Source of the DNA: Macrostomum lignano
Taxonomy: Eukaryota
DNA: 64,000 bases
NCBI GenBank assembly: GCA_002269645.1
Contig: NIVC01000696.1
Span: forward strand, 310,001-374,000
Reading direction: 5' to 3'
The position numbers and the translations under genes are program-made. Below the pieces are notes generated by a model. The model searched no databases. It was not told where the DNA came from and saw only the letters and a program-made list of their open reading frames with translations. Of the stretch, positions 40,120 through 54,544 are shown piece after piece (position 1 is the first letter of the stretch; the number at the start of each line of letters is the position of its first letter).

Positions 40120-42406
40120 TATGTGGCGCGACGCGAGGTCTAGCTTTTGCCAATCGCCATTATAACACATGAACCTCATATGTAGTTCAAGTGGTAAAAG
40201 TCCTTTTCACGGACACACCAACTCGGCGAAAAACAATTCTGTGACAAGTCGTTGCGGGCGAAAAACCTATAGGTGATTCGGGTGACATTGGGCGAGAAGG
40301 ATCCTTTTTTAAAAACCATGAAAATCTCTGTGTGCGTAATTTTTAAAAGGAAAAATTATGCAATGGACTTAGTGTTAAAGGCAAGCTTGTATCTTGTTCA
40401 TCAGAAACCGGTCAGAAATAGGTTTATATGCATATACGTACGAACGACGGGAAGTTGTTGGGGATGGTGGAATTTAACTGAAGCACAAGCACGATGAATA
40501 TACAAAAAATCAAAAATGGGGCCTAATGTTGCATGACTTTGAGAAATTGTGGTAAGGTAGCTGATGAAGTGCTAAAGCATCTCACCGTCATGATAGATGA
40601 TCAACAGCAAGAAAATTGTTTTAAAAAACATAAGTAGAATTATATTATGATTTTGCACTACCAAAATTTGAACACCAAAACGTAACGTTTCCCGACATAT
40701 TCTAAACTGGAATCATAACTTTTTGTTCGAGTAAATCTTGAGCTTCTGTCGTCATCCTAACTCTTCAGAACTCATAAATTTCAGAAATATCCGGTAAAAG
40801 CTTGCTTCTACATGGATGCAAATATACGAGCTTTTAAACAATCTAACTCGACTTGAAGGCTCCTAAATATAAAACTAAAGTCAATTTTATTAAAGTGTCG
40901 ATAAAACTTGTAATCGAGTGTACATTATTTTTGCATTAATTACTAGGGCTTGTTTTAGTCCTATAATCGATTTTGCAATTAATTTAATTAAATCGTTTTC
41001 TTCGAAACTAACTTGTACTATTTTTTAAACTAATAAGGGGGCTTTTCATATTGCTTGCTCTGGTTCCAGAACCAGAACCAATTTGTGAAGTATAACTTTT
41101 TGTCTCTATAACTAGAGGGAGATACGTGCTATAAAGTTTTTATTATTGAATGACAATCACCAAGAAGAAAGTGAAAAATTGTGCTAAGTTAGGTTGTTAA
41201 GGCAGTCAAATTAACAGAGTTAACAGAGTTTAATAGTTATACTGCTGTTTTTCTTGGAATTCCGAACCGATTCTGGTTCTGGAATTGGTAATATGAAAAG
41301 GCCCAAGATGAGCAAGTAATTTATTTACTTTGCATTTAAAAAACCATTTACAGTAAAAAAACACAGTTACACATTAGTCTATAAATAATAATAGGCCTAC
41401 CATAATACCATACTAGAAGTATCGCATTATTTATTCAAGACTAGGCCTAAGAAAGATAAAGAATTTAGGCATAGTTCTAGTTTACTTCGTTATATTCCAA
41501 CCCCCTACCCTTAAATAGAGGGTGAAATAATTTAGCGCAGTAAACTAGAACTATGCCAGAATTACAATTTCATTTTAATTAAACATTAATTTGCAAGAAC
41601 AAACTGATTTATTGAATAAACCAAAACTATTGAAACTGATAATCTGTAAATGTAAAATTAATAAGTTAAGGTCAAGGAGCTGTCATAGGCACTCTCTTCC
41701 TTTTGGGGGTCTAGAAAAACATGTAAGAAAATATGATTTATAAAGAATATTTAAAGGAAATTTGGAAAACAGCCTCCTAAGCCTCCTAATTAGTAGTAGT
41801 GATTAAGTGACTTTGGCTTAGGCAAAATAGAGGTTTATTTTTTTCTTGGAATAAAATTATATATAGTTACTTAAATTAGAAGTTACTATCAAATGGGCTA
41901 CTTTATCTTTAAAAAACTATTTGACATGATACAATGTAACTATTTGAATTGAATATCAAGAAATATGATAGAATTTTCTTCAGCAGTTCAGCTTGAGTAT
42001 CAGAAAAATAGGTTAAAGTACTCAAGTTTCAAATCTTAAGTTGGGTACTTGTATGAACTCTTGTAAATCATTCAGTGTAGGTTTCCTAGAAATTTATATT
42101 TTAATAAATGAATTTTGTTTGTTTCCAAAATGACCAATCCATAGTAGATAATAGCAAATTAATTAATGTTAGTTATTAAATAGCTATTTATATGATACTA
42201 GCAGACATCTTTGCTCTCTTTCTCTAAATTGACAATTTTCTAGAGTGACAATAACTAGCTAAGTATTAAAAAATTAAGGATATAGTCATTATGCTCTAAT
42301 CTAAGAATAAAGATTGGAACAAGTTACTTATATTTTTTTACTTGTTTAAATAAATGTTTATACTTTGACAATTCCTGTTATTGAGTTAAGCAGATCAAGT
42401 TTCATC

Positions 42407-45400
42407 ATGCCTGCATCAGTAAATAAGCCTGACTCTGCCAATCTAACTGAAGCCTTTACTCAACCAGAAGATGCATTGGCCAATGTTGAGCCCAGAGTAG
42501 AATGCTCATACTCTGTACCTAGCAATCCACCCACAAGAGGTATTGTAAGAGTCATCAAAACTCTCAGCCTTTTTGCCAACTTCTTCTTTCTTTTGGTAAG
42601 TTTCATAGTTAAAAGTAGATTACTTTAACAGAACTACCAAGGTGGAAATCCCCCTATGTGACAATTTTTTTCTGCACCAGAATGGTGCAACGCAGGCACA
42701 CAAAACTGCTGGACATCTGTTGAAGGTGCCGACGGCGTCGGGGTGATGACAGAATGCTTGAGAGACTAGCTGAGAATGTTCGGCAGTCGAGGCTTGCCCA
42801 CTGTCGAGGCTTGATCAGCGAAACTAGAGAAATTCGCATCAGGGTGCTCATAGTCACATGGTGCCACCTGTTGAAGGTGCAGAGCAGAAGCTCCGCCTGG
42901 GTGAAGGCCAGTGACCAACGAAGTCAGAGCTGATGCAGACACATTCGTTCGACGTGCTGATGAAATTTGGAGCCTTAGCAAGGCTGCACTGAGGCGCTGT
43001 GCTGGTTGACGCACATGGGTGTACTGAATACATTTGTGCTTATGGAAAAGATCCGAACTACTTGCAGAATCGTCGATATATCTCAACGGTCCGGAGGGCT
43101 GGCGACTTGATTCTTGTTTTAGAAGGTGCGCAACAAAAAGTTAGACTGCATTATTGAAGTTCGTGTGCCTGCGATGCTCCGTTCCAGTGCAGCAAAGAAA
43201 TTGTAAGCCCCCCCCCTTGTATTTCGACGGGCGGAAAAAATGGCTTGGTATTCCTACTGTTAATAAAGTTTTCCTTCGCCCAGATATCGCGCAGAAACAA
43301 CTTAGCAGAGATAAAGAAGCAGGCATAGCATTGCTCTCAAGTAGCTATATTAAAAATAATAAATTTGTAACAAACTCCTCAGGCCGCCTGTGCGCAAACA
43401 AGCGCCGCCCTGGTCGATTTGGCCAGCTTGTACTCCGTATCCCTGGCTGCTATCAGTGTATTCCAGTCGGTTAACTGCGTCGCTTACATTTCCGGCACAT
43501 GGATTGGCGGCCTCCTTTGCACCCGAGTGAATGTTTTCGGCCTTCTAACTGCATTTTCTGCCTTATTGATGGCTGGCCTCGCCGTGTGCAGCTTCATGCC
43601 GAACGTGCTGCTCTTCTTTGGTGTGTCCGGTCTCGGGGCTGTCGCTGGAGGCGCCATCGACTCAAGTTAGTTGGGTTACTATGCTGGAAACTTTACAGCC
43701 TAGAAGTTACAGCATAGCTACAGACAACTCATTTTTAGTATATAGGACTTTCAATTTAGCCTAGGGGGATATTAACTTTATTAGCAAGGAAATTTACAGT
43801 CCAAAAGAGTTTATTAGGCAAGGTAATTCACAGTCCAAGAGAACCTATTAGCTAGGGAATTTACAGTCTAAGAGAACCTATTAGCTAGGGAATTTACAGT
43901 CTAAGAGAACCTATTAGCTAGGGAATTTACAGTCTAAGAGAACCTATTAGCTAGGGAATTTACAGTCTAAGAAAACCTTTACGCTAGGGAATTTACAGTC
44001 TAAGAGAATCTATTAGCTAGGGAATTTACAGTCTAAGAGAACATATTAGCTAGGGAATTCACAGTCTAAGAAAATCTATTAGCTATAGAGAATTTACAGT
44101 CCTCAACTTTGAGCTACTATATTTCTGTGCAAAAGTGATATTCGAACTCTCGAAAAGCCAGAACTGGTTTCTGAGTTCTCTCTCGTTGTCAGCTGGTCTC
44201 AACCACTGAGCCAGAACCTCACTCTGGACACTCACGTTCGAACTTCTTTTTTTACTATCAGTGAGAATAAATTTTATACACACTGTATAAGAAAGTTGCT
44301 TTGCATTCTTTGCTTGCTACTCTTCAGTAGCGGACTAGAGATTTTATTAGCTAGAAACTACGAGCTACAAACTAAAAGCCTTACAAATGGGAAAATTTTC
44401 TACACTAAAGCTATGAGTCGTAGTCGTACTCTATGTCTATATTCTATTCTCCGCCATTCTAGTCGCGAACTCACACTACCTCACCATGTGGGAGGGTCAC
44501 CGAATTCGCGACTCACTGATGCAGGGCCTGCACGCCGCCTGGTCCGCTGGCGCCATGGGGCTTGGCGCTGTACTCAAGTCTTTCCTGGATCCGAACCTCA
44601 CTTCAACAAAAGCCAACGCGTCGCAGCTGCTATCAGATGACGCTCAGCTGCCGCCTTATTCTGGGCACGTTCAGTTTGCCTACATCCTGTTCGCCAGCCT
44701 GGGCGCGATCCCGCTGTGCTCTCACATTGGCCTCCTAGTCTGGGATCGATGCGGCCCCACAGCCGGGCCCAGGCCCGCAGATGCCTCGGCATCAAAGGAT
44801 GGCAAGGGCGGCGGCCGGCCCAGACGGCTGCTGGCCGGCAGGCCCGCGCTAATCATGGTCGCGTTCGCCGTGTCGGTGCGAGTCTTTGACGTGGAGGCCT
44901 TTGTCAGCTCGTTCCTGTCCTCATACCTGTTCTATGGCCTGAACTGGTCCACACCAGATGCTTCTGCGGCATTTTCTGTCTTCTTTGCTGGCCAGTTTGT
45001 TGGCCGCCTGCTCAGCGTTATTGTGTCCGCGTTTGTCAGGCCGCTGCACATTCTGCTGGCTAACGGCTGCCTCATTGTGCTGGCTGGCATTGTGCTCGGG
45101 CTTTTCGGCCGGACTGAAGGAGTAAGCTGGGGATTCTGTCCGGTTTCTTCTAAATATGCCGCATAATGTCAATTGATCATCTAGAAATTCAGTCGCCAAT
45201 TAGCATTCTGAGGAGCCAATAAATAGCAACGGCCTTAGAAACCCGATTTCCTGTGAGCATTTTGGAGGCCAATCATTTCAAGCGTAGCAACGGCCTACAA
45301 ACCCGATTTCCAGCAAACATTTTAAGGGGCAAATCATTTCACGCGTAGCAACGGCCTACAAACCCGATTTCCAGCGAAAATTTTAAGGGGCCAATCATTT

Positions 45401-45844
45401 CAACCGTTGATATGGCAAATATCGATTAGTATAATTCTGTTATCATTATCAATAGCCATTTATCGTTTGATTGCTCACCAGCCATTTGCTACGACTCCCC
45501 CACAGATTGCGTACATAACTTCCTTTGCCATGGGCGTTGGAAACTCGAGCAGCTTTCCCAGCGTGTTCCTGTGGCTGTCCGAGTTTCTGCCCATCACTGG
45601 CCCGGTGTCGGCCTCGCTATTCCTAGGCGATCTGGTGTCGCTGCTGTCTCCGGCCTTTGGTTACGTCATCGAAACCAAATGGCCAGAGTTTTTTGTGTGC
45701 TTCACCAGCGGTTCTGGTGCCCTCAGCCTCTGCTGTCTGGCTGCGGGCCATCGGGTTGGGCTGCGGCTGCTGGCAGCGGCGACCGAGGCAGACTCCGGGG
45801 AGCTAAGAGAACTGGATGACGCAATCCTTCCCATCCAGGCTTAG
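42407..45844 (+). CDS. Major facilitator superfamily transporter (MFSD4/NaGLT1-like)
   Basis: Exons 42407-42595, 43383-43665 (ALVDLASLYSVSLAAISVF...WIGGLL), 44463-45121 (MWEGHRIRDSLMQGLHAAWSAGAMG; FFAGQFVGRLLS) and 45506-45844 (SSFPSVFLWLSEFL). Phases 0/1/0 are consistent and there are many hydrophobic segments. Confidence 0.88.
43790..44100. repeat. Intronic minisatellite, 33-bp unit CTAAGAGAACCTATTAGCTAGGGAATTTACAGT, about 9 copies
   Basis: Unit spacing 43861 to 43894. Confidence 0.92.
45225..45405. repeat. Three degenerate ~60-bp repeats (AGCAACGGCCTACAAACCCGATTTCC...)
   Basis: Direct repetition in the last MFS intron. Confidence 0.8.
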
Positions 45845-46170
45845 CGGACTTTTCTCAAATATCTAGCCTCGTTTATTTTTGCAATAATTTGAACCGCTTC
45901 GCAAATTGTAACAACAGCGAGCGTCACCAACAACACTCAAATACGCTGTCAGTTAGTTCAGTCCATAAAGACATTAGCGTCACATGGCGCTTCTGGCTGT
46001 ACGACTCATGGCGGATGAAGCAGCCTGCCAGCTGTAGTTGCCGATGGATGGCACAACAAGTCACTTGGACGGACCTGGCCGACACGTTGATGCAGTGCGG
46101 TGTTGGGAACTCATATGTTGTCGATCTAATTTACAAGAGTAGCTATCAGTTTCAATTGATTAGGACGAAT

Positions 46171-46437
46171 TGATTACACCTGCCCTAATGGCCAGATGTG
46201 CAACCGACAGCTCAGCCGCAGCTATTGCGCGGCGTATCTGAAGGCTGCGTACGGCTGTTCAGTCCAAGGACTGGGGGGTCGCCACACACCCTCAATTACC
46301 CCACCCAATGCTGGCACCCACTTTACAGAATAGGCGAACTGAAGCAATGCAGTTAAGTGTCTTAAGGGGCCAATCACAAATTTTTCCGGGTGGATCGAGA
46401 ATCGAACCAAAACGCTCTAACCACTAGGCTACAATCC
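46171..46437 (-). mobile_element. Second copy of the CORE-type tRNA-SINE, with an internal deletion in the tRNA head
   Basis: The reverse complement matches 6778-7066 over most of its length (CGGTTGCACATCTG..CATTAGGGCAGGTGTAATCA, GAGGGTGTGTGGCGACCCCCCAG). Confidence 0.88.
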
Positions 46438-49400
46438 TATTAGTTTCATTATCAGTGCGAATTTAGAGTTAAATTTCTCATATTTTTATAATTTTAATAC
46501 AATAAAGGGCCGAGTGAAACCACGTAGGCAAATTACAGTAAAAAAATTTACGTTTTCAGCAGACCTTTGCAGCACTCCTATAGGATATTTTTCCCAGTTA
46601 GGACTAAGAATTAAGGGAATGAGACACAGAGATATCATTTTTCTTCCAGTTTAGAGGTCAAAAGATGCCATTGAAGGAATGCGATTTGCAATTGGCCACT
46701 ATACTAGTTAGGTTAAAATTCTTCATTTATTTTTTGTTCTGTCTATAAGGTTTAAGTTGATTGCGCGATCTTTTCCATATTTGTTTTCTTTAAATTTTAT
46801 TGACTTCATCAGCTTTTTGCAGTCTTTCAGCTGGATTTCTTAAGACTAGTACAGCTGTGGCCTCCGCTTTTCGTTTTGAAGTATTGTATTTGCCGTAATT
46901 GCATATGTACAAATATTACCTGTAGTAGTTTAATGTGTGCATCAATTTTAGCCAATTTTGTTGTGGAAATTATTTTTGAATTCTATATTATTTTAAAAAT
47001 TTTAAGCCTCTATAACTTACGAGAGCTACAATATAATATCTTTCTCTATATCAAATGCTGCGATAATTTATCGTCAAAGTGATTTCTTAATATACATGTA
47101 TTTACATATTACGTAATATTACATATTACGTATCAAACGACAGCAAACGTCGAACATCACTCAGCTAAACCAGAGTATTGCATTCAAGATACAAGCTCGT
47201 ACGACCATTGAGAATCAAAGAGGGCACGGTGTCGTTTGGATTTTCTGGTAATCTTACAAAGCTAAACACAAGCTCTTGGCGCAGCAGGTGCCTATTAATA
47301 TTTTGGCACCCTGAAAAAATGTTTGATTTCCATGCGACGATCTGCAGAGCCTACTGATCACAACTTAAATAATTAAGTAGTACTCCTTAAAATTTCCATT
47401 ATTCCACTGTAGAGAAAATAATAAGAATAAAAATACTAGAACTAAATTAGATGTTAAATTGAATACTAAGAGGAGCCAGTAAGTGGGCGCAGGGCCCAAA
47501 CCAGTTATTTAATGACATTAAACCAAGTTATTTATATGACATTAAATTGCAGGGGGGGGTTGAATTGAAGATAATAGAGGGTGGAGTGCGCGACTAAAGA
47601 GAGAGGTGCGAATGGAGAGCCAATCAGAAGGCAGCAAGGGAGAGAGAGATAAGATCAATAACAAGATTGAGCTAGACAGAGAGAAAACAGAGTAAACGAG
47701 ACAAGTGAAGGTGAACTAAGAAATGAAATAGGAAAGTCACGACATCCACAGCTTTTTATACTGGATTGACCTATCCGACAGTGATAACGCCAATTGATAT
47801 TTACATGTATAGTGAGAGGAATTCTGTGCTTTTCTCCGTGGGCCTGATCAATGATCATACATGTACACACGTACAGTAGCTATTCAATAACTTTTAAGAC
47901 TTGAGAAATCATTCATCAAATCGACATATGGCCCTTACCAGAATTCTTATTGAATAGTTCCATTAATTTTCTTTCTTAAATTCTCGGTTACTGTTTTTAG
48001 CTAGTTTTTTCACGTCAAACTGCTGATCGAAGCGAAAGCAAAAATAATTTGACTCAATTTCTTTGTGTGATATATTTCACTGCAATATAGGTTTTTGTTT
48101 ACTGGAAATGTATTAGGAAGGAGAAATTTTCATTTAAATCGAATGAAAAGGTTTACCGCATTATTTTTCAGTTTGAATGACAACGTGGTAGTTCAAACCT
48201 AGATAATGCGCACAGTCTAGTCGTTCAAAAAGTTTTATGCTGTTTAAAACAAAATGTTGTAACTTGTAACACAAAGAGAAATAATTACTTTATCAAGTGT
48301 AATTAGACATAAAAAATTTACTTTTATTTTTCGCTTACTAATACTTATACATAAAATCTACTTTTGTGTGAATTGACTTGATCAGTATAGCGGTTTAAAT
48401 TTTAACTCTTAATAATATAAGCCTTTTTATGCAACACGGTACATAGCGTGCAGATTTAGGTAATAACTGTATAGAGTTCGTTTAAACTATTAACCACAAA
48501 ATATAGGAAGTTAGTAATATATCTAATGCGGTTAGGAGAAAAGACAAATACCTAAACTTTATTACTTTAAATCAGTAAATAAATAGGGGTCCAACGATAT
48601 GCTATTTAAACCTATTGCTGTATCGGTAATTTCAATCAATTTAATAACAAAAAATTCACAATTATGCCTCTTGACTGTATTTTTTGCATTATCGTGATGC
48701 TTTAGTGTATAATCGTCTTAGACGATTCAGTTCAATTCAGTTCAAGTTTAAATAAAAAAATTACAATTGAATATCTGAACTTAGCTAAAAAATAATGGTA
48801 AAAATAGCTATAATGGTATAATAGTTTTCCACAACTGTGTTCATTGACTCCAGTGGGATTTTAAAAGTTACCTTTTTTAGTAGTTTTTCCATTCTATTTT
48901 ATAAGTCTTATTGTCTTATTTATCTTAGCAAAAGTAAGATATAACTTTTAAAAATTAGTTAAATAATACAAAACTAGAAGTTATAAATTTAAGTTAGGTC
49001 TACTGTTTACCAAACTTTTTATATAATAAATTTTCAAGAATTTTGTCATGCATTTTGTTTATTAAACATTGTGATCATCTTGCCTAAAAACTTGTTTTGA
49101 TATTATTTTTTGTGTAACATTTTGATTTTAACTAATTTTTGTCTAATATTAAATATTACATGATATCATATTTTCAAGATTTGCAAGACTCTAGTCAAGA
49201 TCTATGCTTTCCTAACAATTAAGATTTAATCAAGAGTTGAGATTAAACCTAATTAGTCTGTAGGTAGTCTCTTTGTACTATTATTTTGTTTATAATTACT
49301 AAAATTATTTGTTAAATATGTATAATAGTGATAATAGTTAAAGCCAAAAAATTATTATATAATTTTGAGTATGTTGAATTAAAAAAAACTGTTTAAATAT

Positions 49401-50286
49401 TAAGCTTATATATCAAATATAAATATAATATTGTAGTTACCAATATAATAATAAAGGTGCATGACTAAGACTGCTATAGCTATTATTGGCTATTGGTATT
49501 AAGAAAAAGCTAATAATATTCTAATATTGTTATGTTCATTGACTGCTTATAGCAATATAGCAATATTCATTGTTATTTCTTTTGTAGGCTCTTTTCTCAT
49601 ATCTTTGTCCTATTGGTTCTTTTATCCACTTATCTTCTCTTGGTTCTAGTATAATCCAATAATATATTAAGCCAAATTCCTCCCCTAGCTCCCCCTAAAA
49701 AGTGACAAGTATAGTAGTCTTGGTATATAGTAATCTTGGTCTTACATTAGCAATAAAATATAAAAGCTGTTTTATATTTTACATAAAATTTTTTAAGTTT
49801 TATGCAATATTTATTATATGTTTTATATGATACTTTTTATTTTTATGACTATTCTTACTATTTTGAATTTAGATTATTATTCTTTTATTTATGATTTGTA
49901 TAGTATTTATTTAGTTTTTTATTTAATTTTTTCTTAATTTTCAACATGATACAACTTAAATTTTTTATTAATTTTTTTAATTTTCTTGATATTACAAAAA
50001 TTTTGCATAAAAATTAGATTCTAAAAAACTGAATCCATGTGACCATTTGAATTAGCAGTTTATTACTAGTCTATTTGTGTCTAAACCCTAGTTTATATCA
50101 TTTTAATAATATGAATTTGTTAGATCAAGTTTGTTATATAATAATCATATTAGAATCAATGTAAAATCATATGTTAGAATCAAGTTTGTTAAAATAAAGT
50201 TCATATGAAACACTTATAATAATCAATTTCTTAAGTAGTTAGTGTTAGTCTTAATTTTGAAGTTAACAATATAGTTTTTTTATCTA

Positions 50287-51269
50287 CAAGGGGTATCCAA
50301 AAAGTAGTGATACTTTTAACTGTAGCTCTCATTCTATAGCTTCCTGTGATTTAAAATTTTATGAACTGATAGCGGCAAATCTCTTCTACAGACTACTTTT
50401 TGAATTTTTAAAATTGATACCGGAGAACAAAAGTTATACCCACAAAAGTAACAGTACCTGTATCATAGAGTTACACAAACTATATCAAAATTTATGATAG
50501 TCAACTTTTGCACTTATTCATTAAGAAGGCATTGATAAATGTCTTGTTTAAGCAATAACAAAGCCCAATTGCAAAATGATGCTCACTGTGACTGACTGAA
50601 ATTTGTCTATGGACAGAATCATGCGCAGAAAAATAAAGCATTAAATTCATTACTTTACTTGCAAACAGAGGAGCTTGCATTTTGCAATTGATTTCATTGC
50701 CCATACTTGACAACACACATAGATGTACACTCAGTTGTTGCTCAGCAAAGTACTATCTTCACTCTTTGGGGTGCTGGCCATAGTGCCTCAGAAATTTAGG
50801 CAAACTTTGCTCTGTGCATGGATCCTCTGTGGTCAGCAAAATGACAGTTTATCAATGAATGGAGCAGTTCAGCAAGGGAAGGACTGACTTGGCAGATCAG
50901 CATTGGACGGGGCGGCTATACTTCATTGACCTAATGTACTGGCGGACTCCATTCTGAATCTTCTTGATGAGGACTCCCGAATGACCATTAGAGAGATTGC
51001 TGACAGGTTGGACAAGCCGAAATCAACAATTCATTGAAGCTTACTCAGCATGGATCTCGTGAAGCTCAGTCTATAATTTGTATAACTCTATGATACAGGT
51101 ACTGTTACTTTCATGGGTATAACTTTTGTTCTCTGGTATCAATTTTAAAAATTCAAAAAGCAGTCTATAGAAGAGATTTGCCGCTATCAATTCATAAAAT
51201 TTTAAATCACAGGAAGCTATAGAACGAGAGCTATGGTTAAAAGTATCACTACTTTTTGGACACTCCTCG
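50287..51269 (+). mobile_element. Internally deleted mariner-type element with ~198-bp terminal inverted repeats and TA target duplication
   Basis: TIRs at 50287-50484 and 51072-51269 begin C(A/G)AGG(G/A)GT(A/G)TCCAAAAAGT and are flanked by TA. Internal transposase remnants are F.KGRTDLADQHWTGR and DSILNLLDEDSRMTIREIADRLDKPKSTIH (HTH region). Confidence 0.88.
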
Positions 51270-53214
51270 TATATTAACTTTATATTGCTTTTGCTAAGAC
51301 ATACTTTCATAGGAAAATGTTTGAATAATGCAAGTTTCATAAAATCAATTGATGACATTTGTAATTTTTTATATGAATTTTTTAATAAAGTTAAAAAATA
51401 TTAGATAATAAACAGATTTATTTTGGTATAATGAAACTGAGTTAATCAAGTAATTGTAAATATATTAGTGAATATTTATTGCTTTTTGTTTATAGTTGTA
51501 AATCTATTAATTTAGAAATATTAATTTATAAATTGATTTAAAATGTTAAAAAATATATTATGTTTTTGTATTAAACCTAAAACATTTTTTTCTCAAAAGA
51601 TTTCATATATAGCTATTGATTAACTTAATAGTGGCAGATTTAGAAGGGGCACACAAGGCCTACCTTTTTCCCTTTATTGAATTTGATTTTTTAAATTTGA
51701 TTTGATTTTTTCCCCTTTATTGAGTATAATAACTTAATAATTTCTATCCCTTATTCAATTTTTTTGGATTTGCATTTATTGACTTATTAATAATATAATA
51801 TTAGTAATGACAATTGCAAGCAAGCAAGATTTTCATTTTTAGTATATTAGGGATTTGATATATTTAGAACTTATCAAATAGACATTTAACTAAAAATATT
51901 AATGATTAATAGGGCAGAAAAGAAAAGAAGCAAAGGACAAATACAGAAGTTGCAAGTTGAATTTATATTTATACTAATATAATGAACAGGTTAGCTAAAT
52001 TATCTATAGTAAATTAATGGTTAAGACTATCTATTGGAAAAAGCATGACACACTAAGAGAGATAACTAATTGAAAAGTATGAGGCTAAATTGCAAAACAG
52101 AAAGTACAAAAACAAAAATATTTGAAGGATAGAAATCCAATAGTGCCTTTAGTTTAATATACAAGCATCAATATTTTATATTTGAAATTACCCAAAACTT
52201 AATTTCTTTTTATTTTAAAGTATGTTTATAAATTAAAAACCATGTCATAGAAGCATAATCTAAAGAACCAAGATATCAAAGCTATTTTGGGAATATATTA
52301 CAGTTTCATTGTTATGGTCTTTCTGAAAATATCAGAAGCTGGATTATGCTTCTAGGTTCTTTTAAATAATAACCATTGTTTATGAAAATTAAAATGTTTA
52401 TATTGTACAAACATAATGATTTGGGGGCCATAGTCTAGTGGCAGTGCAGCTGCTCTAGTATGCTAGCGACCCAAGCTTGATTCTGAGTGCAGTCACATTA
52501 ATTTAGGGCTGAATTGGAATCTTGGCTTGGCTCTTCTCATGCAATTAACAGCCTTGAAAGCCAACCCCCCAAGGTGCAGTGAAGTATACATACCTAACAA
52601 TAATATAAAGTTAGGGCTGCTAACACTCCTATGAGTATGTGCCTGCGTACGTATCTGCACGCTTGTATGCTTACTCAGGGGAGTTGGTGGAATGGGCAGT
52701 AATGCCTCTTGTCGGTTGTGTGCCTATGTCGCTTAAAGTGCGCCAGGGTGCATACAACCCCCCTGCCTCTAATAAAAAATATAATAATTTATAAAGCACT
52801 TAAAAGTTTATAATTTGTTGATAGTTGTATTATATATTAGGCTTAATAACCAAATAAGAGACATTTATTTACCTATAATGCTTTTTAAAATATTTAATTT
52901 TCTTTTAAAAGTCTTATATAAGACAACCCTTAATATAATCAACAATCAAGCATTGTAGATATAATTTTAAGGCAACAAGGTAGAATCTATATTTTTAATT
53001 TATCTTAATTTGTTTAAAAATTGATCTTTATCTTTAATTTAGAATTTTTATTCAAAGTTATTATGATCTTTAATGAAGCCATACCCATTGAATTTTGAGT
53101 TTTTAAAGTAGGCATGAAAGGTGAAGAGTTTTACACCTTCTGCCTCACTTTCGCCTCTTTTATGCCTATTTTGTGCCACTTGTGCACCGCGTGTTCACCT
53201 GAGTGCCTCTGCAG

Positions 53215-53702
53215 GGTCAGAAGGTGAATATAAGGCACGAAATAGGTGGTAGGGGCACGTATACATATACATATATATACATATATAATACATATACATA
53301 TACATATTTACGCTCATACATGCGCAACCTCCAAAATTCGGTCGGCCGTGCGACTTAGTTTTAACAAAAATGCGACATAGTTTTTGGCCAGAAATGCGAC
53401 TTACATGTAAAAAAAACCCTAAAGCAAAATTAACGCAACTTTGGGTAAACGGCAGGAGTAACTATGACTGTCTTATTAACCCAAAATGCCTCGTCAGCTA
53501 CTTAGTACTACTACTTAGGTATTTTTTCGGGTGGGCATTTTTGCGACTTCCTTGGTTGGTCACCAAATCAGTCGGCCGGATCGGCCAACTCGGCCGACTG
53601 TTGCGCATGTATGTTTACGCTGCAACATGTATACCTTATGCACCTCTAATTCACCTTTTGTGCACTTTCTGCGCCCCTTCAGCACCTTTACTGCCCCTAC
53701 CG
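53215..53702. mobile_element. Foldback/MITE-like element with nested inverted repeats
   Basis: Inverted pairs: CATACATGCGCAAC/GTTGCGCATGTATG, GTCGGCCG/CGGCCGAC, GTATACAT/ATGTATAC and GGTAGGGGCA/TGCCCCTACC. Confidence 0.55.
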
Positions 53703-54544
53703 CTGCAGCTAATCAAAATTGAGAATTCACCTACTGCCTGACCACTTCACCGATTGTACACCTTTCATGCCTCTTTTCAAAAATATTGGTGACATTTAGG
53801 CATAAAAGGTGCACTCAGGTGCATTTCCAAAACACACACGAAATAGGCCACCAAAGTGCCTCTTTTGTGCACCTTGCTCACCTTTTGTGCCTCTGCAGGT
53901 GCATAACTTTTCCAATGGGATAGGTTATCTTATTTTAATTTTTCTTTTAAGTGTAGTAGACTACATGGAAAACTATATAGTTTTTGAAATTTGCAAACAA
54001 AGCAAATCTTTCTATCTTTGCTAGGGTACTTAAGTTTTAGTAGGCTTGCCTATCAACCTTTTTTTTAATTCTACTAGATTGCCATCTGCAAGTATATCTT
54101 GGCCACAATTGGGGTCATAATCAAATAAAAGTTTGATTTTGGAACCTTATATATATGAAACTCTTCTTAATGTATTCTAGTAATGTTTTGTCTATAGTTT
54201 ACAATTGTTGAATAATTTTAATGACCTTTTATAATATATTACCATTTGATATATCAAAGTAGAACATTTTTATGTTACTTTCCTTTGTGTAGTTTCTATT
54301 ATATTTCATATTTTCAATCATTTTGTTTATATATAGACCACTAATATTTGTTTCCAATTTGAATGGCAAAATCAATGTCTATAGTATTATAAGTATTAAA
54401 TGTTTAAATAATTAAATAAGTAATATAGTTTAGCATTGGCTCTATTGTAGATAAGCATAATCTAGCTTATCTATTGTTTGCTTTATCAAATAAATAAATA
54501 TAATATGTATATATATACTTAGCTAAAATTTTGCAAGTCATTTT

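Noticed and set aside
42675-42760. Possible MFS exon after TTTTTTCTGCACCAG
   Set aside because: It has an in-frame stop in the required phase, and exon 43383 joins exon 1 correctly.
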